The notes beneath the pieces were generated by a model. It was not told the origin of the DNA and did not search any database. It saw nothing but the letters and a program-made list of their open reading frames with translations. The translations under genes were made by a program, and so were the position numbers. Shown piece after piece: positions 42,710 through 52,920 of a stretch of DNA of 64,000 nucleotides; position 1 is the stretch's first letter; each line of letters opens with the position of its first letter. Source of the DNA: an uncultured Prevotella sp. (lineage in GTDB: Bacteria; Bacteroidota; Bacteroidia; Bacteroidales; Bacteroidaceae); the NCBI GenBank assembly GCA_946548065.1, contig CAMNPM010000007.1:1012-65011 (forward strand). The letters run 5' to 3'.

Positions 42710-45468
42710 AGACAATGATAACCGCCGCACTACTGCTGGTGGCCACCCTGCTGCCACAGCAGCTGCACGCCCAGGGCATGCCCTATATCCGCAACTATCC
42801 CGCCACGGAGTACAAGGCCCACAACCAGAACTTCGACGTTATCACCGGTCCCGACGGCACCTTATACGTAGCCAACTTCGAAGGACTGCTCTATCTGGAC
42901 CATGCCAAGTGGCGCATCATACACACCCCCGGCATCACGCGCATCACGTCGGTGTTCTGCGACTCGAAAGGCACCATCTGGACCGGCGGCTACAACTACG
43001 TGGGACATGTGGCCCCCAACGCCCAGGGCAAGCTGCGGCTGCTGGATGCCAACAACATGAACTGCTTCGAAGGCGAGGTGCAGTGGATCTGGGAGAAGCG
43101 CGGCAGCATCTTCTTCAAGGTCAGCGACAACCGCATCTACACCATCCGCAACAACAAGGTTGAGCTGGCCAAGGGCGAAAAGGTGCCGGAGACAGGCTCC
43201 TCGGTGTTCAAGGGAATAGGCCATGTGAACCAGATACAAGAGCTGGCCGACGGCCACAGAGCCATAGCCACCAACGGCGACGGCCTGATAATCATGGACA
43301 AGTCCGACCGCGAGGTGATGCGCATCACGGATGTCAACGGACTCTGCTCGAACAATATCAGCCACATCACCTACAACGGTCACGGCATCATCTACGGAGC
43401 TACCGACAACGGAGTCTTCGCCATAGCCTACCCCTCGCTCTACTCGCGCTTCACGCCCAACGAAGGCCTGCACGGCGAGGTGCTGAGCATAGAGAAACTG
43501 GGCGGCAGGATCTATGCCGGTACACTGAGCGGACTCTATGTGGAGAACGGCCACAGGTTTGAATCCGTATCGCGCATCACCCACGCCTGCTGGCAACTGC
43601 AGCACCAGAGCAACAACCTGCTGGCAGCGACAACCGACGGTGTGTACCGCATCACGCCCGACAACCACATAGAGCAGCTGACCACCGCCAACACCCTGTC
43701 GGTGATGCCCAACGAGCAAGGGTTCTACAGCGGCGAGATGGACGGCGTCTACTACAACACCCATGCCGACCGCAAGAAAATATGCGACGCAGAGAAGGTG
43801 GTGAAAATCATCACCGACCGGGATGGTGTCATCTGGATGCAGAACCTGTATGGCAAGATATGGAATTCGTTTGCCCCCTACGCTGCCGGGAAAGACGAAG
43901 ATGTCATCATGACGCTGGTGAACAACAACGGCAAAGTGACCCCCGTTTCTGCCAACAGCACGAAGCCCTTCCCCTACCCTCTCTACGACTACAGCGACCC
44001 AGAGAACATCCTGTGGCTCACCGACAACAAAGGCAAACACCTATACGCCATGAAGGACGGACAAAAGGATGCCGAGCACAGCAGTCTGGTATATGCGCTG
44101 ATGGATAACTCGGTGCGCGCCATGCTGCACGACGGCGACCTGCTGTGGATGGGCGGCGACAAAGGCATCACGGTGGCCGACGAGTCGCAGAAGGAGCCCG
44201 CCCGAAGCAAGAAGCCGCGCGTCAAGATATGCTCGGTGGAGCTGGCCGACACCATGCTCTGGGGCGGTTTCGGCAAGCAACCCGACGAACTGCCGGAACT
44301 GAACCACAACTATGGCCGCATGGTGATTGCATACGCCATAGAACATCCCTCGTTGCTGCTGCGCACACAATACCGCTACAGGCTGAACGGCGGCAACTGG
44401 ACCAAATGGGAGACCGAGACCTATGAGGAGTTCGCCAACCTGTCGGCAGGCAGCTACACCTTTGAAGTGCAGTGCCGCGATGCCTACGGACAGGTGTCCG
44501 ACCCGGCGAGCATCCGCTTCGTCATCCTGCAGCCCTGGTACTTGCGCTGGTATATGATACTGCTATACCTGCTGGCGGCTGCCGCACTGACCTACCTGTT
44601 CATCAACTGGCGCACCAGACGACTGGAAAAGGAAAAGCACGAACTGGAAGCACTCGTCAAGGAACGAACTGCCGAGGTGGTGCAGCTGGAGAAAGTGGCT
44701 GCCGTCGGTAAGCTGACACAAGGACTCATCGACCGCATACTGAACCCCCTGAACTACATCAACAACTTCGCCAAGCTGTCGGAGGGACTGGTGAACGACA
44801 TCAAGGCCAACATCGAGGACGAAGAGGAACACATGGACAAGGAGAACTACGAGGACACGATGGACGTGCTCGACATGCTGCACGGCAACCTGGTGAAGGT
44901 GGGCGAGCACGGTGCCAGCACCTCGCGCACACTGAAGGCCATGGAGGAGATGCTGAAAGACCGCTCGGGCGGCATCGTGAAGATGAACATCACCTCGCTG
45001 CTGCACCAAGACCAGGAGATGGTGCTGAAATACTTCGAGAAGCAGATTTCGGAATACGGCATCAAGACCGTCTTCGAGCTGCCCAGCCAGGAAATCGACA
45101 TCAACGGCAATGCCGAACAGCTGAGCAAGACATTCATGAGCATACTGGGCAACGCCATCTATGCCGTCGTCAAGCAGTCGAAACGCAAGCAAGCAGACAA
45201 CCAGGCGTATGCCCCCGAGATACGCTTCATCGCCACACTTCAGGGAAAGCAACTGAAACTGAAGTTCCGCGACAACGGTATCGGCATCGAGCATACCGTG
45301 ATCGACAAGATTTTCGACCCCTTCTTCACCACGAAGACCACCGGCGAAGCGTCGGGCGTAGGACTATACCTGAGCCGCGAAATCGTACAGAACCACGGTG
45401 GCGACATCACAGTAGAGTCAGAGAAGGGCAAATACACAGAATTCACCATTACACTACCAACCCTCTAA
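42706..45468 (+). CDS. Beta-propeller/Y_Y_Y membrane sensor fused to a histidine-kinase core lacking the phospho-His
   Basis: Signal peptide, propeller blades, YRYRLNG..W Y_Y_Y, PWY+TM; H-box GKLTQGLIDRILNPLNYINNF (H to D); GNAIYA, DNGIGI, IFDPFFTTK, GVGL intact. Confidence 0.85.
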   Translation: MKTMITAALLLVATLLPQQLHAQGMPYIRNYPATEYKAHNQNFDVITGPDGTLYVANFEGLLYLDHAKWRIIHTPGITRITSVFCDSKGTIWTGGYNYVGHVAPNAQGKLRLLDANNMNCFEGEVQWIWEKRGSIFFKVSDNRIYTIRNNKVELAKGEKVPETGSSVFKGIGHVNQIQELADGHRAIATNGDGLIIMDKSDREVMRITDVNGLCSNNISHITYNGHGIIYGATDNGVFAIAYPSLYSRFTPNEGLHGEVLSIEKLGGRIYAGTLSGLYVENGHRFESVSRITHACWQLQHQSNNLLAATTDGVYRITPDNHIEQLTTANTLSVMPNEQGFYSGEMDGVYYNTHADRKKICDAEKVVKIITDRDGVIWMQNLYGKIWNSFAPYAAGKDEDVIMTLVNNNGKVTPVSANSTKPFPYPLYDYSDPENILWLTDNKGKHLYAMKDGQKDAEHSSLVYALMDNSVRAMLHDGDLLWMGGDKGITVADESQKEPARSKKPRVKICSVELADTMLWGGFGKQPDELPELNHNYGRMVIAYAIEHPSLLLRTQYRYRLNGGNWTKWETETYEEFANLSAGSYTFEVQCRDAYGQVSDPASIRFVILQPWYLRWYMILLYLLAAAALTYLFINWRTRRLEKEKHELEALVKERTAEVVQLEKVAAVGKLTQGLIDRILNPLNYINNFAKLSEGLVNDIKANIEDEEEHMDKENYEDTMDVLDMLHGNLVKVGEHGASTSRTLKAMEEMLKDRSGGIVKMNITSLLHQDQEMVLKYFEKQISEYGIKTVFELPSQEIDINGNAEQLSKTFMSILGNAIYAVVKQSKRKQADNQAYAPEIRFIATLQGKQLKLKFRDNGIGIEHTVIDKIFDPFFTTKTTGEASGVGLYLSREIVQNHGGDITVESEKGKYTEFTITLPTL

Positions 45469-45475
45469 AAACGGA

Positions 45476-46306
45476 ATGGATATGGCACAGGAAATAGACG
45501 ACCTGAAACAACGGCTTAAAGAGCAAGAGAAGCTGGCCTCGCTGGGCATGCTGACAGCCGGTATAGCCCACGAGATACAAAACCCGCTGAACTTCGTCAT
45601 CAACTTCAGCAAGATGTCGGACAAGCTGTTGACCGACCTGACTGAGATTGTGGAGGACAACGAGGACAAGCTGTCGGACGAGGACCGCGAGGAAATAGCC
45701 GACATCGTGACCGACCTGAAGGAGAACATGGGCAAGATCGTGGAGCACGGCGAGCGCGCCATCAGCATCATCCAGGGCATCCTGCTCGTGTCGAGAGGCA
45801 AGGAGAACGAGTTCATACCTACCGACATCAACCGGCTGGTAAAAGAATACGTCTGGCTGTCGTATCATGCCATGCGCGCCAAGGACAAGAGCTTCAACAT
45901 CAGCATCCATGAGAGCTACCAGGAAGACCTGCCGCGCATGATGGTGATTCCCCAGGACCTGAGCCGAGCCGTGCTCAACCTGATGAACAATGCCTGCTAT
46001 GCCGTATGGAAGCGCAGTCAGGATCAGGGCGATGGCTACCAGCCCACCATCGACATCAATACCAGCATGGCCGACGGCAATGCCATCATCGTCATTGCCG
46101 ACAACGGCGACGGCATGACCGAGGAGGTGAAACAGCGCCTGTTCGAGAACTTCTTCACCACCAAGCCCATCGGGCAAGGCACGGGCCTGGGCATGGGCAT
46201 CACACGCGACATTGTGGAGAACAAGCACCAGGGGCGGCTGACCTTTGAGTCGGAAGAAGGCACCGGTACACGCTTCACCATCAACATCCCTATACGCACG
46301 AAATGA
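45476..46306 (+). CDS. Sensorless cytoplasmic histidine kinase (HisKA + HATPase only)
   Basis: LASLGMLTAGIAHEIQNPLNF, NNACYA, DNGDGM, FFTTKPIGQGTGLGM; only ~18 aa precede the HisKA helix. Confidence 0.92.
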   Translation: MDMAQEIDDLKQRLKEQEKLASLGMLTAGIAHEIQNPLNFVINFSKMSDKLLTDLTEIVEDNEDKLSDEDREEIADIVTDLKENMGKIVEHGERAISIIQGILLVSRGKENEFIPTDINRLVKEYVWLSYHAMRAKDKSFNISIHESYQEDLPRMMVIPQDLSRAVLNLMNNACYAVWKRSQDQGDGYQPTIDINTSMADGNAIIVIADNGDGMTEEVKQRLFENFFTTKPIGQGTGLGMGITRDIVENKHQGRLTFESEEGTGTRFTINIPIRTK

Positions 46307-48702
46307 GCAGAGTCCTATACATTATTATATATATAGCCCTGCTGTCCGTGTGGAGCCTGCCGGCCAACAGCCAGGACTACGCGGATAACAATGTCACCCT
46401 GCTGCTGGATCAGGCCGAGCAAGACTATGACATAGGCCGGTTCGACCAGTGCATAGATGCCGTGCGGTCGCATATGAACTCCTTCCAGGGCGACCAGCGG
46501 CAGAAGGCCCTGCGGCTGTTGGCACTGTGCTACCTGGCACAGGACAACGAGAAACAGGCAGAACACTATGCCGTACAACTGGTAGAACTCAACAACTACT
46601 ACAGCCATGTGGACGACCCTATCCGCTTCCAGGAGATGGTGAACCGCCTGAAGGGCGGCCGCACCATCACAACGGCATCGAGCGTGGCCGAGGGCCTGGA
46701 AGAGGCTCCCGTGCCCGTCACCATCATCACGGCCGAGATGATAGAGAACCTGGGATACAACAAGAACCTGAGCCACCTGCTGGCCACCTATGTTCCCGGC
46801 ATGACCGACGTGCAGGCCGAATGGGAAGAGAACATCGCCATGCACGGAGCCTTCGCCCGCAACCAGGAGCTGATACTCGTCATGGAAAACGGCCACCGAC
46901 TGAACAACCGCACCTACAACAGCTGCTCGCTCGACTACGCGCTGAGCACAGAGAAGATAGACCACATCGAGGTGCTGCGCGGACCGGCCTCGTCGCTCTA
47001 TGGCAACGTGGCCCTGTCGGCCGTGGTCAACATCATCACCAAGCAGGGTGCCGACCTCAACGGCATCAAAGCCAAATATGGCTACGGCACCTTCAACACC
47101 CACAAGGCCGACCTCACGATGGGTACCACATTTATGGAAGCCGACGTCTTCGTATGGGGATCGTTCTACCAGAGCGACGGCCAGGGAATAAGCATCGGCG
47201 AAGAGTGGGCCGAGCGATACAAAGAGCACTTCAACTTGTCGGCACAGGCAGGATACTATGCGCTGGCAGACCGCTACCGCGACAAGCCCTGCTACGACGT
47301 AGGCATGACCATGCGATACAAAGACTTCAACATCTTATTTTCGCACAAGAACTCACGCTCGGTGTCACAATTTAGCGATGATAAAGGCCTCTACAGATAT
47401 GACCGCTACCGCTACTTCGACGACGTCAAACCCGGTGCCAACCAAGAGAGCAACCACGTGGAGCTGGGCTACAGCCACCAGCTGGGTTCGGTGACACTCG
47501 CTGCATCGGTCTACGGCGACTGGTACAACCACATACATTACAAAATATTTGATCCGCTGGATCCTGAAGACGAAGCATTGCCCGAGGAAGAACAAGTTTA
47601 CAGCCACGGCTTTTTCTCAACCAGTAAAATCCGTGAACACACCCTTGGCGGCAACCTGCGCGCAAATACCAACTACCGCCTTGGCTCCATGACGGGCAAC
47701 CTGCTGCTGGGCAGCCAGTTCGAGCACTACACACTGAGCGAACACACTTTCATTGACGGGGAGAAATACGAAGAGGTAGTCACAGTAAGCAAACCTTCAG
47801 ACGACTTTAACAACGAAGGCAGCGAGAACAGCCTGTCGTTCTACGCTCAGGACAAGCACTCGTTTACCCAAAAACTGATCTTCAATGCCGGACTGCGCTT
47901 CGACCACAAGCAGCGACGCTTGCAGAGCAATATCACGGCCTGGTCGCCACGACTGGCACTCATCTACCTGGCCAACAAGGCTGTGAACCTGAAGCTGACC
48001 TATGCTCGCTCGTTTGTCGACATGTCGTACGACTACCGTAGCGAACGCACCTATGCGGAACAGGATTACCTTCCACAATACCTTACCGCGATGCAATTCT
48101 CAGTGATGGGCAAGCTGCCCGCACTGAACCTGTCGTACGATGTCAACTTCTCGTATAACAAATACGAGAACCTCTTCTGCAACCGTGAAACTTCCGAAAA
48201 GTCATGGAACAATGAAGGCAGCTACGAAAGTCTGGCCCTGGAAGCCAGCGCCTTCTGGAATTGGCATCGGCTGACGGCCAATATGACATTCTACTGGTGC
48301 AAGGCCCTCAGAGCCAGCTACTACTTCTTCAGTGACGAGGAGAAGCGCGTGGCCTGTGTGCCCAACCATACCATCAACCTGAACATAGGATGGAAGGCCG
48401 TAGAAAGCAAACGCCACCAACTGAAGCTCTATGGCAACCTGCAATACACAGGCAACATATTGGTGCAGAGATTCATTTTTGATGAGAATGCCAATAAGTT
48501 TGTCAACGGCGACTACTTCCTGAAGCGCCGCGTCATCCTGGACGTCGGCGTGAAGTACACCTATAACAAGCACATCTCACTGGCACTTGACTGTGAAAAC
48601 GTGTTCAATACCGACCGCTATGTGGTGGGACCAGCGTGGTCCATGTATCCCAACTACCTGCGCGGACGCAACCTGATGACATCCATCTCATTCACACTCT
48701 AA
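46303..48702 (+). CDS. TonB-dependent receptor with TPR-like N-terminal extension
   Basis: Signal peptide, ~90-aa helical extension (ALRLLALCYLA), ITTAS..EAPVPVTII, HIEVLRGPASSLYG..VVNIITK plug, barrel. Confidence 0.88.
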   Translation: MSRVLYIIIYIALLSVWSLPANSQDYADNNVTLLLDQAEQDYDIGRFDQCIDAVRSHMNSFQGDQRQKALRLLALCYLAQDNEKQAEHYAVQLVELNNYYSHVDDPIRFQEMVNRLKGGRTITTASSVAEGLEEAPVPVTIITAEMIENLGYNKNLSHLLATYVPGMTDVQAEWEENIAMHGAFARNQELILVMENGHRLNNRTYNSCSLDYALSTEKIDHIEVLRGPASSLYGNVALSAVVNIITKQGADLNGIKAKYGYGTFNTHKADLTMGTTFMEADVFVWGSFYQSDGQGISIGEEWAERYKEHFNLSAQAGYYALADRYRDKPCYDVGMTMRYKDFNILFSHKNSRSVSQFSDDKGLYRYDRYRYFDDVKPGANQESNHVELGYSHQLGSVTLAASVYGDWYNHIHYKIFDPLDPEDEALPEEEQVYSHGFFSTSKIREHTLGGNLRANTNYRLGSMTGNLLLGSQFEHYTLSEHTFIDGEKYEEVVTVSKPSDDFNNEGSENSLSFYAQDKHSFTQKLIFNAGLRFDHKQRRLQSNITAWSPRLALIYLANKAVNLKLTYARSFVDMSYDYRSERTYAEQDYLPQYLTAMQFSVMGKLPALNLSYDVNFSYNKYENLFCNRETSEKSWNNEGSYESLALEASAFWNWHRLTANMTFYWCKALRASYYFFSDEEKRVACVPNHTINLNIGWKAVESKRHQLKLYGNLQYTGNILVQRFIFDENANKFVNGDYFLKRRVILDVGVKYTYNKHISLALDCENVFNTDRYVVGPAWSMYPNYLRGRNLMTSISFTL

Positions 48703-48718
48703 AATAAAAGACGAAGCT

Positions 48719-51235
48719 ATGAACCCCAGAAATACCATCATCGCCCTGCTGCTCTGCTGCTGCCCGATATGTGCCTCTGCACAGACCGGTGGCGACAACT
48801 ACCGCGATATTTACAACGAGGCAGAGCAAAAATACAATATCGGACAGCTGGAACAGGCAGAGGAGTTGCTGCAGCATCACATCAAGACACTGCCCATAGA
48901 GATGCGGCAAAGCGCCTACCGGCTGCTGGCACTATGCTATCTTGGAATGGACCGCGACACCGAGGCCCAAGACTACGTCAGGCTGCTGCTCGACAACAAC
49001 CCCTACTACAGCACTACGCTGGACGACCCCCAGCGATTCATCGACATGGTGGAGGACATAAAGGCGGGCAACACCGCCACCATCACCACTGCATCGAGCC
49101 AGGCAGAGACGCTTCAGGAGGTGCCTGTGCCTACTACCCTCATCACCGAGGAGATGATACGCGTCTCAGGAGCCCGCAACCTGCAGGAAGTGCTGGCCAT
49201 CTACGTGCCGGGCATGATACCCATCGACTGCAACGACGACATCAACATCTCGATGCGAGGCATCTACAGCAACAGCCAGGAGAAGATACTCTTCATGCTG
49301 AACGGCCACCGGCTGAACAGCTACTGTACCAACACGGCCGCCCCCGACTTCAGCATCTCGCTGGAGAAGCTCAAGCAGATAGAGGTGCTGCGCGGACCAG
49401 CCTCGTCGCTGTATGGCGGCGTGTCGCTGACGGCCGTGGTCAACCTCATCACCAAGCAGGGAGCCGAGGTCGACGGCCTCAAGGTGCGGGCCGGAATAGG
49501 CAACTACGGCCAGTATCGCGGCGATGCCATCTTCGGAAAGCGATACTTCGACCTGGACCTACTGGTATGGGGCAGCTTCCACATGGCCAAGGGAGAGCAG
49601 CGATTCGTTGGCAAAGAAGACACCGGACTGAAGCAGTATGAAGGCGACGTCACCATTGGCCGCGTAGGCAACAAGCCCAACTACGACATAGGAGCCAGCA
49701 TCAAGTACAAGAAGCTGCAGTTCCTGTACAACGGACAGTTCTCGCAGATACAGGCTCCGATGACGATGACCCATACCTTCTCGCCCTATGACGCCGACAA
49801 ATACAAGACCTTCAACGGCATACGCCCGAGCCATACCTCCTTCTCGCACCATGCCCACGTCAGCCTGGGACAGCAGTTTGGCGACTTCTACCTGAAAGGA
49901 GATTTTGCCTACGACAACAACGACCTGACACACTATCAGGTCATCACGGAGGCTCCCCTGCCCGGCCTGTCAACCATTCTGCCATTGCCAGAGCACTCGA
50001 AGAGCCTGCTGGAAAACCACACTGGCGGCTTTGCCCGATACATCAGCGGCCAGGAACACACCTTCAGCACGAAGCTGCAGGGCGACTGGAGCTATATCAA
50101 CAACGGTACACACAAGGGACTGCTGACCTTCGGAGCGGAGTACAGCTACTTCCAGCTGGACGATGCGCGCTATGCGTTCACCTACGACTTTCAGAACACG
50201 CTGCCCGAAACAGCCAACATCTCGGAGGTGGGCAAGGGACATGAGAACAATGCCAACGTCTATGCCCAGCTGAAACACCAGTGGGGTCCGTTCATCCTGA
50301 ATGCCGGTCTGCGCTTCGACTATAAGGCTCGCTACGACACCACCTACATACGCGAGTTCTCGCCCCGCGTGGCACTCATCTTCGTGCAGCCCAAGTGGAA
50401 TGTGAAGCTCAGCTATTCGAAAGCCTTTACCGATGCACCCTACCTCTATCGCAAGACCAACCAGTTCCTGCTGGCCATGCTGGGAGCCACCGGGCGCGAG
50501 CAACTGCTGCTGGGGCTCAGCCCTGAGACGATGCACTCCTGGCAGCTCACCCTGGCCGGCACACAACTGGTGAAGGGACTCAACCTGGAGCTGAATGCCT
50601 TCTACAACCAGATGCGCGACATGATCTACATGTCGGTGCTGGAGCACTACAATATGGGCAATTCGAACATCTACGGCATTGAATTTGCCGGCAGCTACGA
50701 CCACCGCAACTTCTATGCCCATCTGTCGGCAAGCTGGATGAAGGCCACCCGCTACGAGATGGACAGCGACAGCTACGACCGGGCGTTCAACATGCCACGC
50801 TTCTCAGCCAACGCCGTCCTGGCATGGAAGCCCACCTCACGGCTGCAGCTGCACACCCGACTGGCGTTCTATGCCAAGCAGCGCACCAACTATATCAACA
50901 TCATAAACTATGGTACCATGGAGAATGCCAACAACATGATTAATAAACTGGAAACGAAGCTAAAGGAAAAGGGGGAGCTCACTCGTGAGGAGCAAATCAC
51001 CTATGCCAAGTTGCAGGAAGTGATCCATGATGCCAGTCAAGAACTCCTTGTCAGCAAAGAGGTGCCACCCTACTTCATCTGGGACCTGGGAGCACGTTAT
51101 CAGATTGGCAAGCTGGAGTTGAGCTTCAACGTGAACAACCTGCTCAACCGGCAATACTCCATCAGCGGTGCCTGCACAGGCCTCATCCCCCAGCGAGGGC
51201 GATGGTTCCTATTTGATGTTGCCTATAAGTTCTAG
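48719..51235 (+). CDS. TonB-dependent receptor with TPR-like N-terminal extension (paralog)
   Basis: AYRLLALCYLG extension, QIEVLRGPASSLYG..VVNLITK, C-terminal YKF. Confidence 0.9.
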   Translation: MNPRNTIIALLLCCCPICASAQTGGDNYRDIYNEAEQKYNIGQLEQAEELLQHHIKTLPIEMRQSAYRLLALCYLGMDRDTEAQDYVRLLLDNNPYYSTTLDDPQRFIDMVEDIKAGNTATITTASSQAETLQEVPVPTTLITEEMIRVSGARNLQEVLAIYVPGMIPIDCNDDINISMRGIYSNSQEKILFMLNGHRLNSYCTNTAAPDFSISLEKLKQIEVLRGPASSLYGGVSLTAVVNLITKQGAEVDGLKVRAGIGNYGQYRGDAIFGKRYFDLDLLVWGSFHMAKGEQRFVGKEDTGLKQYEGDVTIGRVGNKPNYDIGASIKYKKLQFLYNGQFSQIQAPMTMTHTFSPYDADKYKTFNGIRPSHTSFSHHAHVSLGQQFGDFYLKGDFAYDNNDLTHYQVITEAPLPGLSTILPLPEHSKSLLENHTGGFARYISGQEHTFSTKLQGDWSYINNGTHKGLLTFGAEYSYFQLDDARYAFTYDFQNTLPETANISEVGKGHENNANVYAQLKHQWGPFILNAGLRFDYKARYDTTYIREFSPRVALIFVQPKWNVKLSYSKAFTDAPYLYRKTNQFLLAMLGATGREQLLLGLSPETMHSWQLTLAGTQLVKGLNLELNAFYNQMRDMIYMSVLEHYNMGNSNIYGIEFAGSYDHRNFYAHLSASWMKATRYEMDSDSYDRAFNMPRFSANAVLAWKPTSRLQLHTRLAFYAKQRTNYINIINYGTMENANNMINKLETKLKEKGELTREEQITYAKLQEVIHDASQELLVSKEVPPYFIWDLGARYQIGKLELSFNVNNLLNRQYSISGACTGLIPQRGRWFLFDVAYKF

Positions 51236-51258
51236 CGGCATTGTTCAATGGCGACAGG

Positions 51259-52062
51259 CTACCCCAGTTCAAAGGGACCTGTTGGCGTGTTGCGCTTCAG
51301 CACCTCCAGCTGTACGTCGACACCGGGAATAACCCCATAGCTGCGCAGTACGGTTTCCACCGTCTTGCGAGCCAGTTCAGGATGGTTGTTCTCTTCGCTG
51401 AGATGGCACAGCCAGATGTGTTGTAGGAAGTCGGACATGTTGTCGGCCAGCACCTGTGCACAGTCGCGATTGGACAGATGGCCGGTACCCGACAGGATAC
51501 GATCCTTCAGGAACTGCGGATAGGGTCCGCTCTTTAGCATCTCGACATCGTGGTTGGCCTCGATCACCAGGTGACGGGCGCGCTGGATATACCCCTTCAT
51601 CTCGTCGGTCACCTGGCCCGCATCCGTAATCACGCACAGGTTCGTACCCTCAGCCTCGATGAAGTAGCCCACATTGTCGGAACTGTCGTGCGGCACATGA
51701 AAGGCCGTAACCATGAAGTCGCCCACCTGCTCAGTCTGTCCGGTCTCCAGCGTCCGAGTCATTTCGGGAGCCAGTTTTCGGGTGATGCAGTAGTTGCGGT
51801 TAATACCTTGATGCACCTTACGGGTAGCATATACCGGCACCTGATAGTCGTGACTGAACGAGCCCACCGACTTGATGTGGTCAGCATGATCGTGAGTGAT
51901 AAGGATATGATGTATCTGTGAGAGGTTGACGCCATACTCGCGGCAGTCCTTCTTCAGGCCCCGCAGCCCTACCCCAATATCAATGAGAAGCCCATCGTTC
52001 GGGGTAGTCAGCATATAGCAGTTTCCACTGCTCCCACTACCGAAAGAGATGAATCGTAGCAT
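51259..52062 (-). CDS. MBL-fold metallohydrolase (YycJ/WalJ-like)
   Basis: Start MLRFISF at 52062; GSGSSGN, THDHADH, EANHD, GHLSN, HLSEENN. Confidence 0.9.
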   Translation of the reverse strand: MLRFISFGSGSSGNCYMLTTPNDGLLIDIGVGLRGLKKDCREYGVNLSQIHHILITHDHADHIKSVGSFSHDYQVPVYATRKVHQGINRNYCITRKLAPEMTRTLETGQTEQVGDFMVTAFHVPHDSSDNVGYFIEAEGTNLCVITDAGQVTDEMKGYIQRARHLVIEANHDVEMLKSGPYPQFLKDRILSGTGHLSNRDCAQVLADNMSDFLQHIWLCHLSEENNHPELARKTVETVLRSYGVIPGVDVQLEVLKRNTPTGPFELG

Positions 52063-52430
52063 GTTTGTTTTCAAAATTTCGTGCAAAGGTACAAATAAAA
52101 TAATAAATAAGAACGATGTATTAAGAATTATTTCGTAACTTTGGATAAAATCGCAAACCTTTTGTAAATAAAGGCAGCTCGGAGGATTGAGAAAAATCTG
52201 GGTTACGAACTGGCAACGGTTCTTGCGTCCTTTCAGTAGCAAGCGGCAAGCCGATTACTCATTTCCTCATTCTGCCGTGATTTGCTTGTCAATGAACTCC
52301 CGACTCAGAACCACCAGCCTGTTTCAATGGCTCATTGTCAGGTGTAAAGGTACAAAGAATTATTCAATTAACCAAGGGGGAAACAAAAATAACGACTAAA
52401 TTGGTATATATAGGCAACTAAAAGAACATA

Positions 52431-52913
52431 TTATATGGTTATTCCCAACTCTCTTAGTACTGTATTCAAGTCGCAACAGCGAACTCCCATTGCATTACAG
52501 GCATCTGGAATCATTACTCGTTTTTTACTATTCGGGCTGGAACCTTCATAAGTTACAAGTGTCAAATGCTTAGCCGAAGCAGTTGCAATGAGATATGCAT
52601 CCGCAACATTTGCGAATGTATTCAATGCTTGTGGGCTATAAACAGGATTAGACTTTGCCCAGTTCTGAACATTTGCATATTGAATCATTACATCAGCATC
52701 CAATGATAAATAGAAAGACTTTGGAGCATTTGTCTTTAACCATTCCGTCAGTTCATCTTTACCCTTTTCTATTTCTTCCTTGACAGTGACGCTTGTAAAT
52801 ATATCTCCAGAGTTGACCATTTCACGAAATCTTTCCCAAAACGTAGGCCAAATGTCCATTGGCATCTCGTTCTTGGAGCGAATAAATATATTGGTGTCAA
52901 ATATATATGCCAT
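52431..52913 (-). CDS. DUF4411-type PIN-like protein
   Basis: YIFDTNIFI, ADAYLIA, LVTYE, IPDAC; AT-rich. Confidence 0.8.
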   Translation of the reverse strand: MAYIFDTNIFIRSKNEMPMDIWPTFWERFREMVNSGDIFTSVTVKEEIEKGKDELTEWLKTNAPKSFYLSLDADVMIQYANVQNWAKSNPVYSPQALNTFANVADAYLIATASAKHLTLVTYEGSSPNSKKRVMIPDACNAMGVRCCDLNTVLRELGITI

Positions 52914-52920
52914 AGTCCAC

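Noticed and set aside
52130-52350. Possible sRNA or repeat element between the MBL hydrolase and DUF4411 genes (TTCGTAAC...GTTACGAA inverted pair, facing promoter-like boxes)
   Set aside because: Could not establish a coherent fold or family by eye; needs an Infernal or BLASTn search
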